This document shows, piece after piece, positions 11,351-23,678 of a DNA stretch of 64,000 nt. Source of the stretch: Iphione sp. A-MEVVRFRX5 (Eukaryota); the NCBI GenBank assembly GCA_976226885.1, contig OZ320317.1:38564001-38628000 (forward strand), in the 5' to 3' direction. The notes below the pieces were generated by a model that was not told the DNA's origin, made no database searches, and was given only the letters and a program-made list of their open reading frames with translations. How positions within the stretch are numbered: position 1 is the stretch's first letter; the number at the start of each line of letters is the position of its first letter. A program made the position numbers and the translations under genes.

Positions 11351-14300
11351 CCAAGACGAAAGCCCGAGAGAACAATAGAGAATACTATATAATTTAAATT
11401 TGCTGCCTTCGTCTGTACTTTAACACATATCTCCAATATGTGGGTCACTGCGTTTCACTCCTCTACTTCTTATATATATATATGTGTGTGTGTACATGTA
11501 TATGCATATTTTTCTGTGATTATTTAGTTATTTTGCTGAAAAAGCATATTGCATTCTAAGTGAAACAATACTCATGGTCAATGAAGAAGTTCTGATGACA
11601 CAGCCCCCCACACACAAATAATAATAATTTTATGTATAATTTAATTTAAATCAGGGCCGTTAAAATTACAAATTTCCTAGGGGTTGTTCCAGATGGGTCA
11701 ACACAACCCCACGTGCATTGATATCTGTACCTCCGGTATGCGTTAGCGGAAGTGGCTTTTCATTAAATCGTTTCAAAACGTACCAGCAGAGTCATAAAAA
11801 AGGACTACCGGCTTTCTGCAAGTGATATTCCAGTCGAGAGCATTTTGATCTAATAATCCTGATGATAGCAGGTTAAAAATAGAAATATTAACATAGTAGA
11901 GAGCAGTTATTACTGGTAGCATTGACAGTGTAAAGGGCGTCTTAATTAAAGCGCCATTACAGTAAGGGACATTCTAAAGCCGGGATGCTATTACCGTATC
12001 TTTGAATAAAACAGTAGGTAGAAAAAATGACTAATCTTCCTCTTCTCCCCCGTGACAGGATGAAACTGCTTATCCTTAAGCAAAGAACTGCCGTTTTTGT
12101 AAGCGTCAGTTTATTTTCTACGACATGAGAAGATGATAAACCCAACTTTCATACACGCGCTTTTTTTTTGCCTTTTCCGGATCAATTAAGCTAATAAATT
12201 AGATAAACGTCCATTTTGTGTAGACAAAATAGATGCTTGCTGCTTTCTGGGCTGATATCGTTACATCGTATTGTGACCAAAATCTTCATTACGTTACCGA
12301 CTGTTAGGAGCGGGACTTAATCAGCAGCAGGTTGTTTTTGCAACCTTGAAAAGTAAAAAAGTGAATGATTGATGAATTTTGCTAGACTGCTGAGAGCGAA
12401 TTATGAAAAGAACAAGGCTATTGAGTAATGAAAGAACGAGGATCATCTACACAAGAATAGCTTGTCTTGTATGTGCATAGGAAGGGCCATGAGAATTGCT
12501 CGGTTCTCTTTTGAAGAGATGACGGAGGACGCTTATAGTAGAGGTCTAGACGATGACCAACCTTTCTACACGCCCACGTCTCACCCTCGTGATCTCTTCC
12601 AACTAAACAACTGACATTCTCTCCAGCTTTACACCGCTCCTCTGCAAACATCTACCTTATCTACGGCCACGCGCCTAGATATTAGCCGCTGCCCTGGATT
12701 TGACAATATGTACATGTATAATGTATGTTATCTTTATACAGTAGACAATCTTTAATGTATGCTGGCCGATGTACTCAGAGTATCTGTATCCATGATTGGG
12801 AAGGCTTTTATTCCCACAACAAGAATAACGTGCACACCTAAGCATGACGTTTTCAACATCTTTTCGATTGGAAAGGTCGAACCTACGGTCCCCAGTTACA
12901 CAAGATCCCGTCCACCGTCCCCTATTACACCCGTATCTCTGTATGTCTATCTAAATTTATACAGTAGAACTTCTATTTAAGAATAACTGGACACGGTGGA
13001 CATTCCCTACTGCGGACAATACAATGGTACTTGCATATTCACTCACTGGAACGTTGATCGAGTAACATATAGGCCTAGCTTCTTTCTTGACCTGCTAGCA
13101 TTTTGAAGTCATGATTATTATCACCGCGACTTAACCTCGTTCGACTCCATACAGTTCCAAGATAGTAATACTTGTTATGAGACCCTAAATCCATCGTTAC
13201 CTCTTCTTTGATCACACTTTCAACTGACCGGAGGAAATTTGTTGATGAGGGAAGCCGTGATGTGCACAAACAAAGGCGGTCACATGTATTTTAATAATCT
13301 GCACGTAAAATAGTAGACATTGCAGTAGAGGATGATGAGATAATCAGATTGGCAAATTTGATGGGAATAGCGGTAAAAACTGGTGAATTTGACTGGAAAA
13401 GGTAAGAAAACTGTCAAATTTGACGGAAATAGCAGCAAAAAAGTAATAAAAGTATGAAAATGTGCAGGCATGTACAGAATCATATTATTTTACTTAAACG
13501 TTGCTTTTAGTTGCCAGCCATAAAGGTCTCTCCCTATCCTACTGATCTGTGTTACCCTCCAGAGCCTGGAGTCCAGAGAAATTCACAGACATTGCTCGCT
13601 TTTGATACACAGACACCTCCAGACACCAGATAAGTACACATGGAAACGGCCATATACTTGGTTCTCAGATCGCTTTTTCCGGGAATCAAAGGTCCAGAAA
13701 AAAATCTGGACACATGGGAACTCGGCCTTAGTGGAGAAGCAATAGGAGAGAGTAAAACAGAGATAGATTTGGACAGATGTCAAGACTGGGAAACAAACGT
13801 AAGTAATTGTAGATAAATAAAGAGATGATGATGCATATGTGATGATAATGTCTAGAGAAAGATAGGTGAAAATTACGAGGAATGGAAGTATTGAGAAATG
13901 GTAAATGGGAACAGGTTTACTACCAGAAATCATCCGTATTAGAAATACACGGCATAACGAAATGGCATGGGGGATAATGGAACATTTATGAAGGTATAAA
14001 CATATGTATATACCATAACACCCGTATAGACAGCTATGAAAGGGCGGATGTACATGCACACAGAGAGATGTACACGTACTGCAAAGTAGTGTTCGCAACG
14101 AGGACCAGGGGTGTATGTTGAATACGTGAGTGAAATGTTGGAAAACAAGATTCTTATTAATCTTATTAAATTATATTTCTAATATCAACTGTGTTTCCCA
14201 TTCGAGTGTTAGGCAGTCTCTTTTTTATAATGCATTATTCCTTCCGCATGTACACCGTCTGTCTTGATCAGCTATCTAGAACGACACTTCATCAAAGGCA

Positions 14301-16758
14301 CCAGGTTTTCCCTTTGAATTCAATATATAACCAAGTTGAGTAAGATATATCAACCCAATCTCTTTGTAAGTAATCTCTATTTTTCAGATACATGTATCTG
14401 CTTCTCCTTCTCATAACATGTAATCCTGTCTTGAGAAGATAGCTCTTTCATCTTTATGTTGCATCCAAACCTGATTAACGTAAAGTCTGTCTTTACCTTA
14501 AATATTACCTGCTTCATGGAGACCCTTTGCCCCTTTCTTTCACGTGTAAAACGTTTGCATTAGATAGCTCCTTGCTCTTCCTGTGCCAAGCAAACATTTC
14601 TCAGATACCCCATTTCCTTTCTCAATGTCTCTTTCATCCCAATATTTGGTGATGCAGCCTCCAAAAGGAAGAAGCTGTCCCCTGATAAGACAAATTCTTC
14701 CTTTTGGCATGTAAATCTTTTCCGACCGGACAACGTTGTCCCCTTCCTTTGATACAGAACCGTCGATGTTCAGATAATTGTGGCCCCTTAATCTGGTATG
14801 CAACCTCTTTTGATCGTGTGCCTTTGATACAGAAGCTAGGACATTAATTTGTCGTAGTCAGTGTTAATTGTGATCGGTGACTTTAATTGTCACGTCGCCC
14901 TACTTCACGACCCAGCTGCAGGGGAAGCGGGAGTGAGTCGTTTCACTCAGTCTGCTTTGACCGTCGATCATGCACCGTCCCCTCCTCTGCGTTATTATCT
15001 CCAATCATACAACGAGGTGCCATAGTCCGAGCCGAGTCTGTCCTCACATCTCACCCATTTACCCCATCAATCGAGCCCTCCTAGGAGCCCATCCAGGGAC
15101 ACCTGATCATCCATCGACTGCCACGTCTAGTTCGACCCGCTACCTCCATCTGGCCGACCCTATCTATCGCCTCTTCGAGGGCTTTCTCTCATTCCATCAC
15201 TGTCGCACTGCAACCCCTTGCCAACACCTCATTGAAGATGAAACGCTCCCCCAATCTCTGTGATAAACAGTTGTATACTAAACAGTTAATTGATTTTCTG
15301 TTTGGGATAATTCTTGTATTATGAATCGCAATTTACTGAAATCAAACATCAAACACTTGATTAAACGGTATATAAGTAAGCCCTTTAGTCGACACATCAA
15401 TGTTTATGTCGCATCTTAATCAATCTACATATAATCAGAATAGCCACTACTCGTCAATGACAACAGGGTACTTCATACCAGTTTCAAATTGTCTTCTGAC
15501 AAAGTCATGATCGAGTCATAGTATAACCAACTGGCTACCTCATTGTAGCTGTCTTATCAGCTTGAACCGCTGTAAATTTTTACATCGTAGGCTCGTAAGT
15601 AACTCGTTTAATAGTCTCTTAGTCTCTTACTGTCCTGACGTTTCTCAATTTTTTCGACGTCCCCACATGAAAAGTGACTTAAATGTTTGATATGGGTGTA
15701 TGTAAAATAAATAAAAATTTCAGAAGACGAGCGATAATGGAGGACATGTATTTAATGATGCAGCAGGGAATAATCCTATGACACTCTTTTTATATACTTA
15801 TGTGTACAATAAAATTTTGCGGCTCTGTTTTTGTCAAAATGTCTTTCTTGATTTATCCATTTTGTGGAAATATTTGTTCAGAAAAAGACCTAAATTGTTG
15901 TATCTATCTTGCCGCATCGGGATTCGACAACACAGTGAATTTTGACTTCAAAACAGTGTAAAGTATTAAAAGATTGAAAGAGCTACTGGTTTAGCCTAGT
16001 AAAAGAATCTGTTTCTTGTAACCTGACCGACCCTGATTTCTATTCCTATGGAACTTTTCTTTTTTCTGTGAATACCTTGAAGACGAATAAAGCTAGAGGC
16101 TCATACAATACAACATTTGCTTTGTTAGATCCTCAACTTCCTATGGTTCACTAAGATCCAGGCAGTGGGTTACTGTAGTTTAAAGCTTGGAAACACACAT
16201 CTGTTGCTTTTAGGCTCTATTATCAATGAAAAAAAAGAGAAATAAGTACACTTACCTACCAACCCTATGTTTTTCAGCATGTTACTGGAAATTTAGTCTG
16301 CAAGCATAGTATTACATCTGCACAATTACCCAAGCCAATATGCTAACACTCTAAGAAAATTCTACAGATGTTTGCTGACATGTTCTGTGAATATTAGGAA
16401 CAGAAATTTGCATAACTTTTCTTTGACCATTTAAGTAATTGTTTTCACAATTGAATAATTAATATAATTTTTATTACCAAACATAAATCAAAAGTTTAAT
16501 TTCATCAGTGACAGATTGCAAAGAACATATTTTCTGGTGATATTTTGGTTACAAAATTTTAAATCATTTCATATTGTTACACAATTGAGCATTGCATGTC
16601 GAGCTATTACTGAGTAAATCGTAGTAAAAGTTGTCATAGTAATATCTTTGATTATATATATCCTAAATAAGGCGTTTATTTGGATATTGATATGGTGAAC
16701 GTCACTTCAACACTATATATCAATACATCAATACATCAGTATATATATATATATTTAT

Positions 16759-16990
16759 GTGGTCTCGTGGTTGACATGCCTGCTTCTAGTGTGTGGGGTT
16801 TTGCGGTTCAAACTAGACAGCAAGAGTAGATTTTAGAGTGTTAGCTGGTTTGCCGTGATGAGCTGGAGCTAAAACTGGATCTTTTGAGAGGGTAAGCAAT
16901 AAATATAAAACGACTTCTGTATGAAACTTCTACTGGTTATATAAAGAGGGTGTTAATAGTGAATCTTGACACCGGCGTTTAGCCCACAAT
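16759..16990 (+). mobile_element. Possible degenerate tRNA-derived SINE
   Basis: A-box-like TGGTCTCGTGG (16760-16770) and B-box-like GGTTCAAACTA (16805-16815) lie 34 nt apart, next to a (TA)n tract. There is no cloverleaf and the 3' boundary is uncertain. Confidence 0.3.
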
Positions 16991-19900
16991 GTTTTTCACA
17001 TTTCCTGCCTCCCTTCATTGTGAATCTCTCTGTTAATGTCCCACACAATATAAGGCTCTGCACGCGTAAAAACACTGACGCACTTAGTGCGCATAGTCAG
17101 GGGTAGCAATCCCTGAGGCAAAAAAAAACTCAGAATGATGCATCCTCATTATGAGTAAGGAATTTATTACTTGCTTTGAGTAAAGATTTAAATGTATGAG
17201 GCGTGAATATTTAATGATTTTTTTATCTGATCGGCGGATGGTACTATGTCACATGACTTTCTTTTTCTTATATGAAGCTGGTATTTTTGATAAAGAAAAG
17301 CTCTCCCACCAAAAAAGACGGTATAATCCACCATCAATAACTGAAGACATAAGACTGTAATTGGCCACACCCTGGGCAGATATCTGCCGATAGACTACGT
17401 ATACAGTTTGAGAGGCACAAACAATCAAAGATGTCCACGTAGTTGCATCTACTCCAAATAGAAACAGTCATGTAGTTCTAGAACATGTAGCAAATACAAT
17501 GAAATTGGACAATGTCCAAGTCTCTCTGCAAAAGGTTAGTTGACACATATTTAGTCGGTCAACGGCTTGCTGTGGTACTTGGAAATGAGATCTTAGATCA
17601 CTATTTCTCTTAACTAAGGGCTATGCTTCAGAGCGCATTCTTCATGTGTTTTCCCTATGAGGGGAGAGTATATCTTGTAATAAATCACACGGGGATATAC
17701 TTGACCCTTCTAGTGTTCCATGGGTGGGATTCCTCTGGCTTTCCACTAAGCCCCTTTTCTGGAGGGGTTACACTTTTTCAGTGGGTATGTCCAGAGGGTC
17801 ACCATGAGACTCGGACACATATGGCCCTGGAAGAGACCAGGAGAAGTACAAGACACCTATAGACTATCTACAATGGGGTCATCACAAACCTTTCCTTCTC
17901 TCTGATCCTCATCCCCCCGTTTACACCGCGATGACAGTGGCCACGACAAACTAGTCCCCACACACTTGTTCTAGGACTCCTAAAATACTTAACCCCCATG
18001 GTGCCTGATGAGACCATTATGGTTGAAACCACTGCAATGCTACCCTTTCTTCCCCATTGGCACACAGAAGCGCTCAGTGTATCAACACTAGACTGTTTTT
18101 ACCAATGGGTGGAAAAAACCCCTGTACTTATGCATGCATACAGCCCCTATGAGTACTAGGGGCCCCTATGCATATTGGTTAAAGGACAGGAGAATATATA
18201 AAGGAGAGGGTACCAGTGCCACAGATTGAGCATGTATGGAATGAACAACAAAGTCATGGATACCAGTATAATACCACAAGGAATGAGAAATTGCCCAACC
18301 AGTTATGATAGAGGGGATCAAACCTCAGGAGTCAGGAACTATTTTCACAAGTCCCTCCACTGAGACATGGGTCAGAGGTGTGTAGGCTGTATTCATGGGC
18401 AGGAAACCCCATGACAGAGTTTGTGCGGTCGCACCAGGGTTTTACACTGAAATACCACGTTCAAAACAATATATGACCTTATATAAAAACAATATTGCTC
18501 TTGAATAAAGCTTTTAATTTGTCTTCTGACCTAAACTTGGGTAGATCTCAGTTATTTACACAGAACATTCCACCAAAACATGATCTAAAAATGGCTTTAT
18601 TCATATGTAATAACTGACAAAGAAACGTACCTACCGTAGGTACCTTTACAAAACCATCATGCTGTGGCCAATTAAAAACAGAATACGCATTGCCTCGGTT
18701 CATACTAAGCAGTGTCATTTTCAGTTTTAGCGTCACGTAAAAATTACCATCGTGCTAATCGCACCTGATCCGGCGGCTCCAATAGCATTATTGGAGGCTT
18801 ACATTCTGCTCCAAAAGGGGCAGCTATGGGCGAGCCGACAATGAATGGTCACTACCATAGCTTGAGGCCGGCCAAAGTTGATGCCCGTGTGTACAGTAGG
18901 GCACGAATGGACCCAATGGTGACCCCTCCAGCCCGACGTACGCAATGACACATATGTACACACAATATATGAAGATTAAGCATACACGTTCATACACACA
19001 CCTGTACAAACAACTGTCGGTTTATGCAGACAAAAAACACATCCACAGGGCGCCGAAGGGGTTGCCCTTTGTGTACGGGCAATATAGAGTGGTGTCCGGG
19101 CGCAAAGACTACGTAAAAAGCCCATTCTGTAATTGCTGTGCAGACCAGCATGGATAAACCTGGAGTTCAAGGAGTTCCCGAGGAAGAATTCAATAGAGAG
19201 AAGATAGGAATTCCTCTTTGCATTTAACTCAGAACCACATTATGCATGCCGAACAAAACATCAATATGAAACATAAATATGTTCACTCCTGATAAAGGAG
19301 ATCTGTCAGGCATCCCATTGAGATAAACAGACGTTCACCGTAGCCTGGAGGCCTGCTCGATTCTGTGGCTTTCTCGATAAAGGGCAGACAGAAATGTCCA
19401 TTCTCATATGTCAGAATAAAGTGACATATTTTGTCTCTACTAAATGCATTCTGCCATTAAACATGTCATGGAGCTAATGCTTAAAATCTTGAATCCAGAT
19501 CAAGTTTTTAAAAAATAAACAAATTTATAACTTAACACTGTTTGCGTGTCAAAGGACAGCAAACGGACAAATATAAAAAAAACGCAGATGCCACAAAGGC
19601 AGGACGTATCGGCTTTCAGCTACAAAGTGCAATATTAGAGCAACTCAAGGCATGAAGGACAGGAGCGAAAACAACTCGGCGGTGCAATGAGGAAGAATTC
19701 ATGTGGCTTGTGCCGGATTACTCGACTAGAAAGAAGCGAATGATATTATGCCGCTCACCATCCAAGGAGCCGCTCCATGTGGGAATTGGGCCCTCCGTTC
19801 GTTGCCTTCAGAAGATGGCCCAAGAATTCGTCAGATGTCCACATGGCATGCTTCTAGCGGGCAACCTTTACTATAACGTGCACGATCGCCCATCGATAGT

Positions 19901-22900
19901 TTTTCACTACCGCCTTTTTACATAAGAACATAATCCTCTACAAAGTGCGTGAGGAACGAAACTCTGGAGCGAAGATGAAATAATTGCCATGACGATTGGT
20001 CAAAACCCTCCATTGAAATGTTCATGACTCATCTTAAAAGAACGTCATCATTACTAGGGAGAGATGGCATCCATATTGGATATCTTTTATTATCAAAGGA
20101 TCTAGATAATGTATACCATAAAACTGAGTCTACAGTTCCGTTTTCTCTGTCTATTGAGTAAAAGCGGGTCTTTCATGAGAAGCACGCTGCCATCGTTAAC
20201 TAAATACTGCAGAACCGTTTGCCGTCCTGGTCGATCTTGCAAAAAAGGGAATTTGTGCCAACAAAACAAAGAAGACCAGCCATCCTAATGTCTATGGTGT
20301 GATCAATGCTAGATCCACAAAAGTTGCATTGGGATTGCGAATAAAGAGAGTTATTGATTCAGGCGGTGGCACACTTTTATAAATCGAAAACCTGCCAAAA
20401 GCTCTCATACTTTTTTATATCAAAGGTTGCTGTCGAAATTGTAAATGAGGAAAATCGAACATTTGTGTCGACCACCAGGTTTCCCGTTTGGTGTCACTAT
20501 TCGACCCTGTGTCAGGAAGGATCCCATTATCAGCTTCGGGAGGAATTTGCGGCGGCAATTATAGGGAGTAAAAATCCTGTGTGTTTTATTAAATCTTTAC
20601 GGTCAAACGCTACGCGTGCAATTCCATTGAAACAATGCCACAGTTGTATAATCTACAAGAGAGTTTTCAAACAGGAAGCACGTACATGTAACTTGAAAAC
20701 CGAATTGTGGAATATACCGTACCATAGTGCCCGTACATACTACATAATTTATGTACAATGACAAGTGAAATTTCCTGCTAATATCGTGCGAGCTATGTCT
20801 TATATCAGCGGACCGATCCCATGTCTTCCTCCCCCATAGCGTATGCTCCCATATTGCGACATCTGCTGGTGGCCGGGGGGTGGGGGTGGGGGGTGAGGGG
20901 CTGGATATCAACGTGCCAGATGGATTATGGAAAGACCCTGCCTTTTCCAACAACCCACGCCGATCTCTACTTTTCCTGTCCTTCCACCAGCTGCACTATT
21001 TTTTCCTTCAGCATCCCCATCCCAGATGGATGTGCATGTAAACACCAAACTAGAATACTGGGTGTCGGGGGGTACCTCTGGTGCTGCCTCCCGCTCTGGG
21101 TCCTCCCGATAACTAGAAACTAGACGAAAACTATGGAAATGAAACGACAAGGAAGAGGCTCATTGTCTGCCGCGGTGGCGGAGGCCGGTCAAGCGTGGGC
21201 GGACGGCCCGATGTGCTTGTTGGCGCGAATGGCCTCCTGCCTGGGTCAGTCTCTTTGTCCAGCGAGCCAACCGCCTGGTAAATGGCCGTCTGCTTCACTT
21301 CGTCCCTGTCTTCTTTTCGCATTCTCGTCGTTTAATCAATCAATATTGGCCCTCTGATCCGTGATCACATGCCTCTGGCTTGGGACCAGACAAGACAAGC
21401 TATTTCCACCCAGTACTTATTCTTTATCGCGAATAATTTTCTTTCTGTCTATGCTAGTTTTTGCCAGAAATTATCCTTCCAGACACAATGTAAAAAATGT
21501 TTCTTTCTTTACTAAATATGTCATTCCCTTTATTGTGGCGTCACATAGTAATTGATATAATGCTTGCTACCTTACTATGCTTAAAAACACTGTTTCAAAA
21601 TGAGCGTATGAAGAACAATGCGCCCGGTGCCTAGAGGATTTGCGGTGAAAACTTTCTTTTTCTTCCGCAGTTAAGGAGCAACGAGATAAGGGTAAAGACC
21701 TGAAGACGCTGGAGTGAGGCTAAAATAAAAGGGCGATATTGGTAATTGATGTGAAGATATAAAACTGAAAATCTAAAAAAGAAGGAAAACACGATGAATG
21801 AAAACGCAGGAAATTATTTTTAGTTGAACCACTTCAAATTACACCTAAACTTTATCATCATTTGAAATATAATTTAGCTATATAAATGTTGACATTCTTC
21901 GAAAATGTAAAGCGTCTCATCCTAAAGTGTACCTCTTGTTACGTTCGGGTGATCATTTTTTTCCAAGGTCTGAAATCATATTGCAGGATTAGTTTTTCAG
22001 TGAGGTCTTGAGTTACAGAATGCTTTAATTAAATAAGTTCGTGTGGAGCCTTCTAGGTGGCGTTCCGGCATACCTTCTACCAAAGAGCGGCTCAATATGC
22101 AACCTGTCGTACTCAGGCTGATATCCCGGGGTGAGAACAACAGTGAGGGAGGCTTGACATGAACAAGATGGCTGTGGATCAATAACCCATAATTACGGTT
22201 TATCGGCAGCTGCTAATACTGCCGCCCAGATATTGCCTTCGCCACGTATACCTGTACAGATTGTCTGCACCAACCTCCCACGGCGCTTTGGGCGGCCCGC
22301 CTGGCTGACCAGCCGAAATGACCCTGACCCACCGAGACCGAGGACCCAATCACAACGTCTGAAACGACATGGCCTCACCGAGACTGTCCACTTTCAGCAT
22401 CTACTTTCAAGAGAGCAGGGCAGGTCGTTTTTTGTTTCTGGTCAGACGGTACAACACATTCATATTGTTTTCGCGCCGTCAGTCCCGATATGTATCTATA
22501 GATTAATGTGATCATAACTCCCCGTACTTGCGATGACACTTGATTTATTAAGTCACTGCCAGGGGCTCAATGGGTTTCGTGCCGGTCATGTTCTACAATA
22601 CTAACCATATTTTGCCGACACAGATGGAATTACATCAATGAGAGTGCCAGAGTATCTATGGGTCAAACACACATCCAGTTATGATGCATTCAAAGGACCA
22701 AATTTATTCTTCACAAGTAATTGAATGTCGAGTTTTTTTCCTTCGGAATAAATGGTAAAAAAAAACATTGAATACGTTGTGCCACAAGGTCTGTATACTT
22801 TTCTGTGTATCTCTGAATTTATTTTAGATGTACAAGTTATTGGTTAAGAGAATCTTGTTAAACGAAAACGATGGCATTGTAACGGTAGTAAAAACCATTT

Positions 22901-23508
22901 TTTTAAACAAAATGAATTAGTATTACTTTGCTTACAATCTACAACCTATTCATAATTTAGTAGTGCACATGTCACGAGGCTAACTGAATGATGCCCTAAT
23001 TAGTGTGATCATGTACATGTATAAAACACTATACGACAGGAACCTAGATGCAGCGCAGTGCAACACCCGGCATGGGATGCTTAGTCAACGTTGATCCAGT
23101 ATTCTGTGATCCAGTGCTCTGGTATAGGCTCCAGCACGCTGGCACCTGGTTTCAAACCAGAATTTCACAGATCGGTTTCTACATTTCCAGATTGTGAAAC
23201 AATTGTTAATATGATCTTATATTTGCGAAAGCCACTAGGGCACTGACTGTATAAAAGCAGGACCAGATGTTGAATAATCAGGACGGTCCTCAGCTTGGAA
23301 GGGAGCAGACATGCTTTGAGAGGTAGGTGTCTATAGTGTTAGTGTGAGTGGAACCCTATCCCCACTTGTGCACAACATATAGGCAGGGCCGATGGTCTGA
23401 CCAGCCTGTAACCCAAACTGAGTGGTGCCAGTTCTGAGGAAGGGGTGGTGTCCCTCACTCATGAACATTTACGTTTGTTGCACATATAGTCCAGCACACC
23501 GACAGGCT

Positions 23509-23678
23509 GCCCACCTGCTGTAACCCTGGTACTGGGGGGTGAGTGACATGCTTGTGAGCATACAAACTCGTCAGTTCTGGCTATACAACTGTACTGACCT
23601 ACACTGGCAGAAGGCCCACCTGCTGTAACCTTGGTACTGGGGGGTGAGTGACATGCTTGTGAGTATACAAACTCGTCA
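23509..23678. repeat. Two 65-bp direct repeats (105-bp period) within an unclassified element; third diverged copy at about 24085-24145
   Basis: 23509-23573 and 23614-23678 differ at only 2 positions. The third copy shares CAGCACACCG, CTGTAACCCTGG and GGGGGTGAGTG. Confidence 0.9.

Noticed and set aside
13563-13798. Plus-strand exon candidate encoding METAIYLVLRSLFPG...ETN with a GTAAGT donor
   Set aside because: Splice sites are plausible but it ends in phase 0 with no partner exon or homology. It is kept as a counter-example to the phase-2 series, like the phase-1 MNTIPG... segment ending at 8648.
13583-14098. 171-aa minus-strand ORF; likewise 61613-61999 and 6354-6884
   Set aside because: The first two are hydrophobic shadow ORFs produced by purine/pyrimidine strand skew. 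None has a recognisable domain.
14260-14880. Possible minus-strand L1/Tx1 ORF2 3' remnant (FWRLHHQILG, KWGI, LIRFG fragments)
   Set aside because: It needs several frameshifts and stops, and the zinc knuckle is not recoverable. Too weak without a profile search.
18005-18028. CTGATGA, palindromic stem, GAAA: a hammerhead core order
   Set aside because: No stem III or UH cleavage site can be formed in type I or type III topology; the only stem I partner puts G at the cleavage position.
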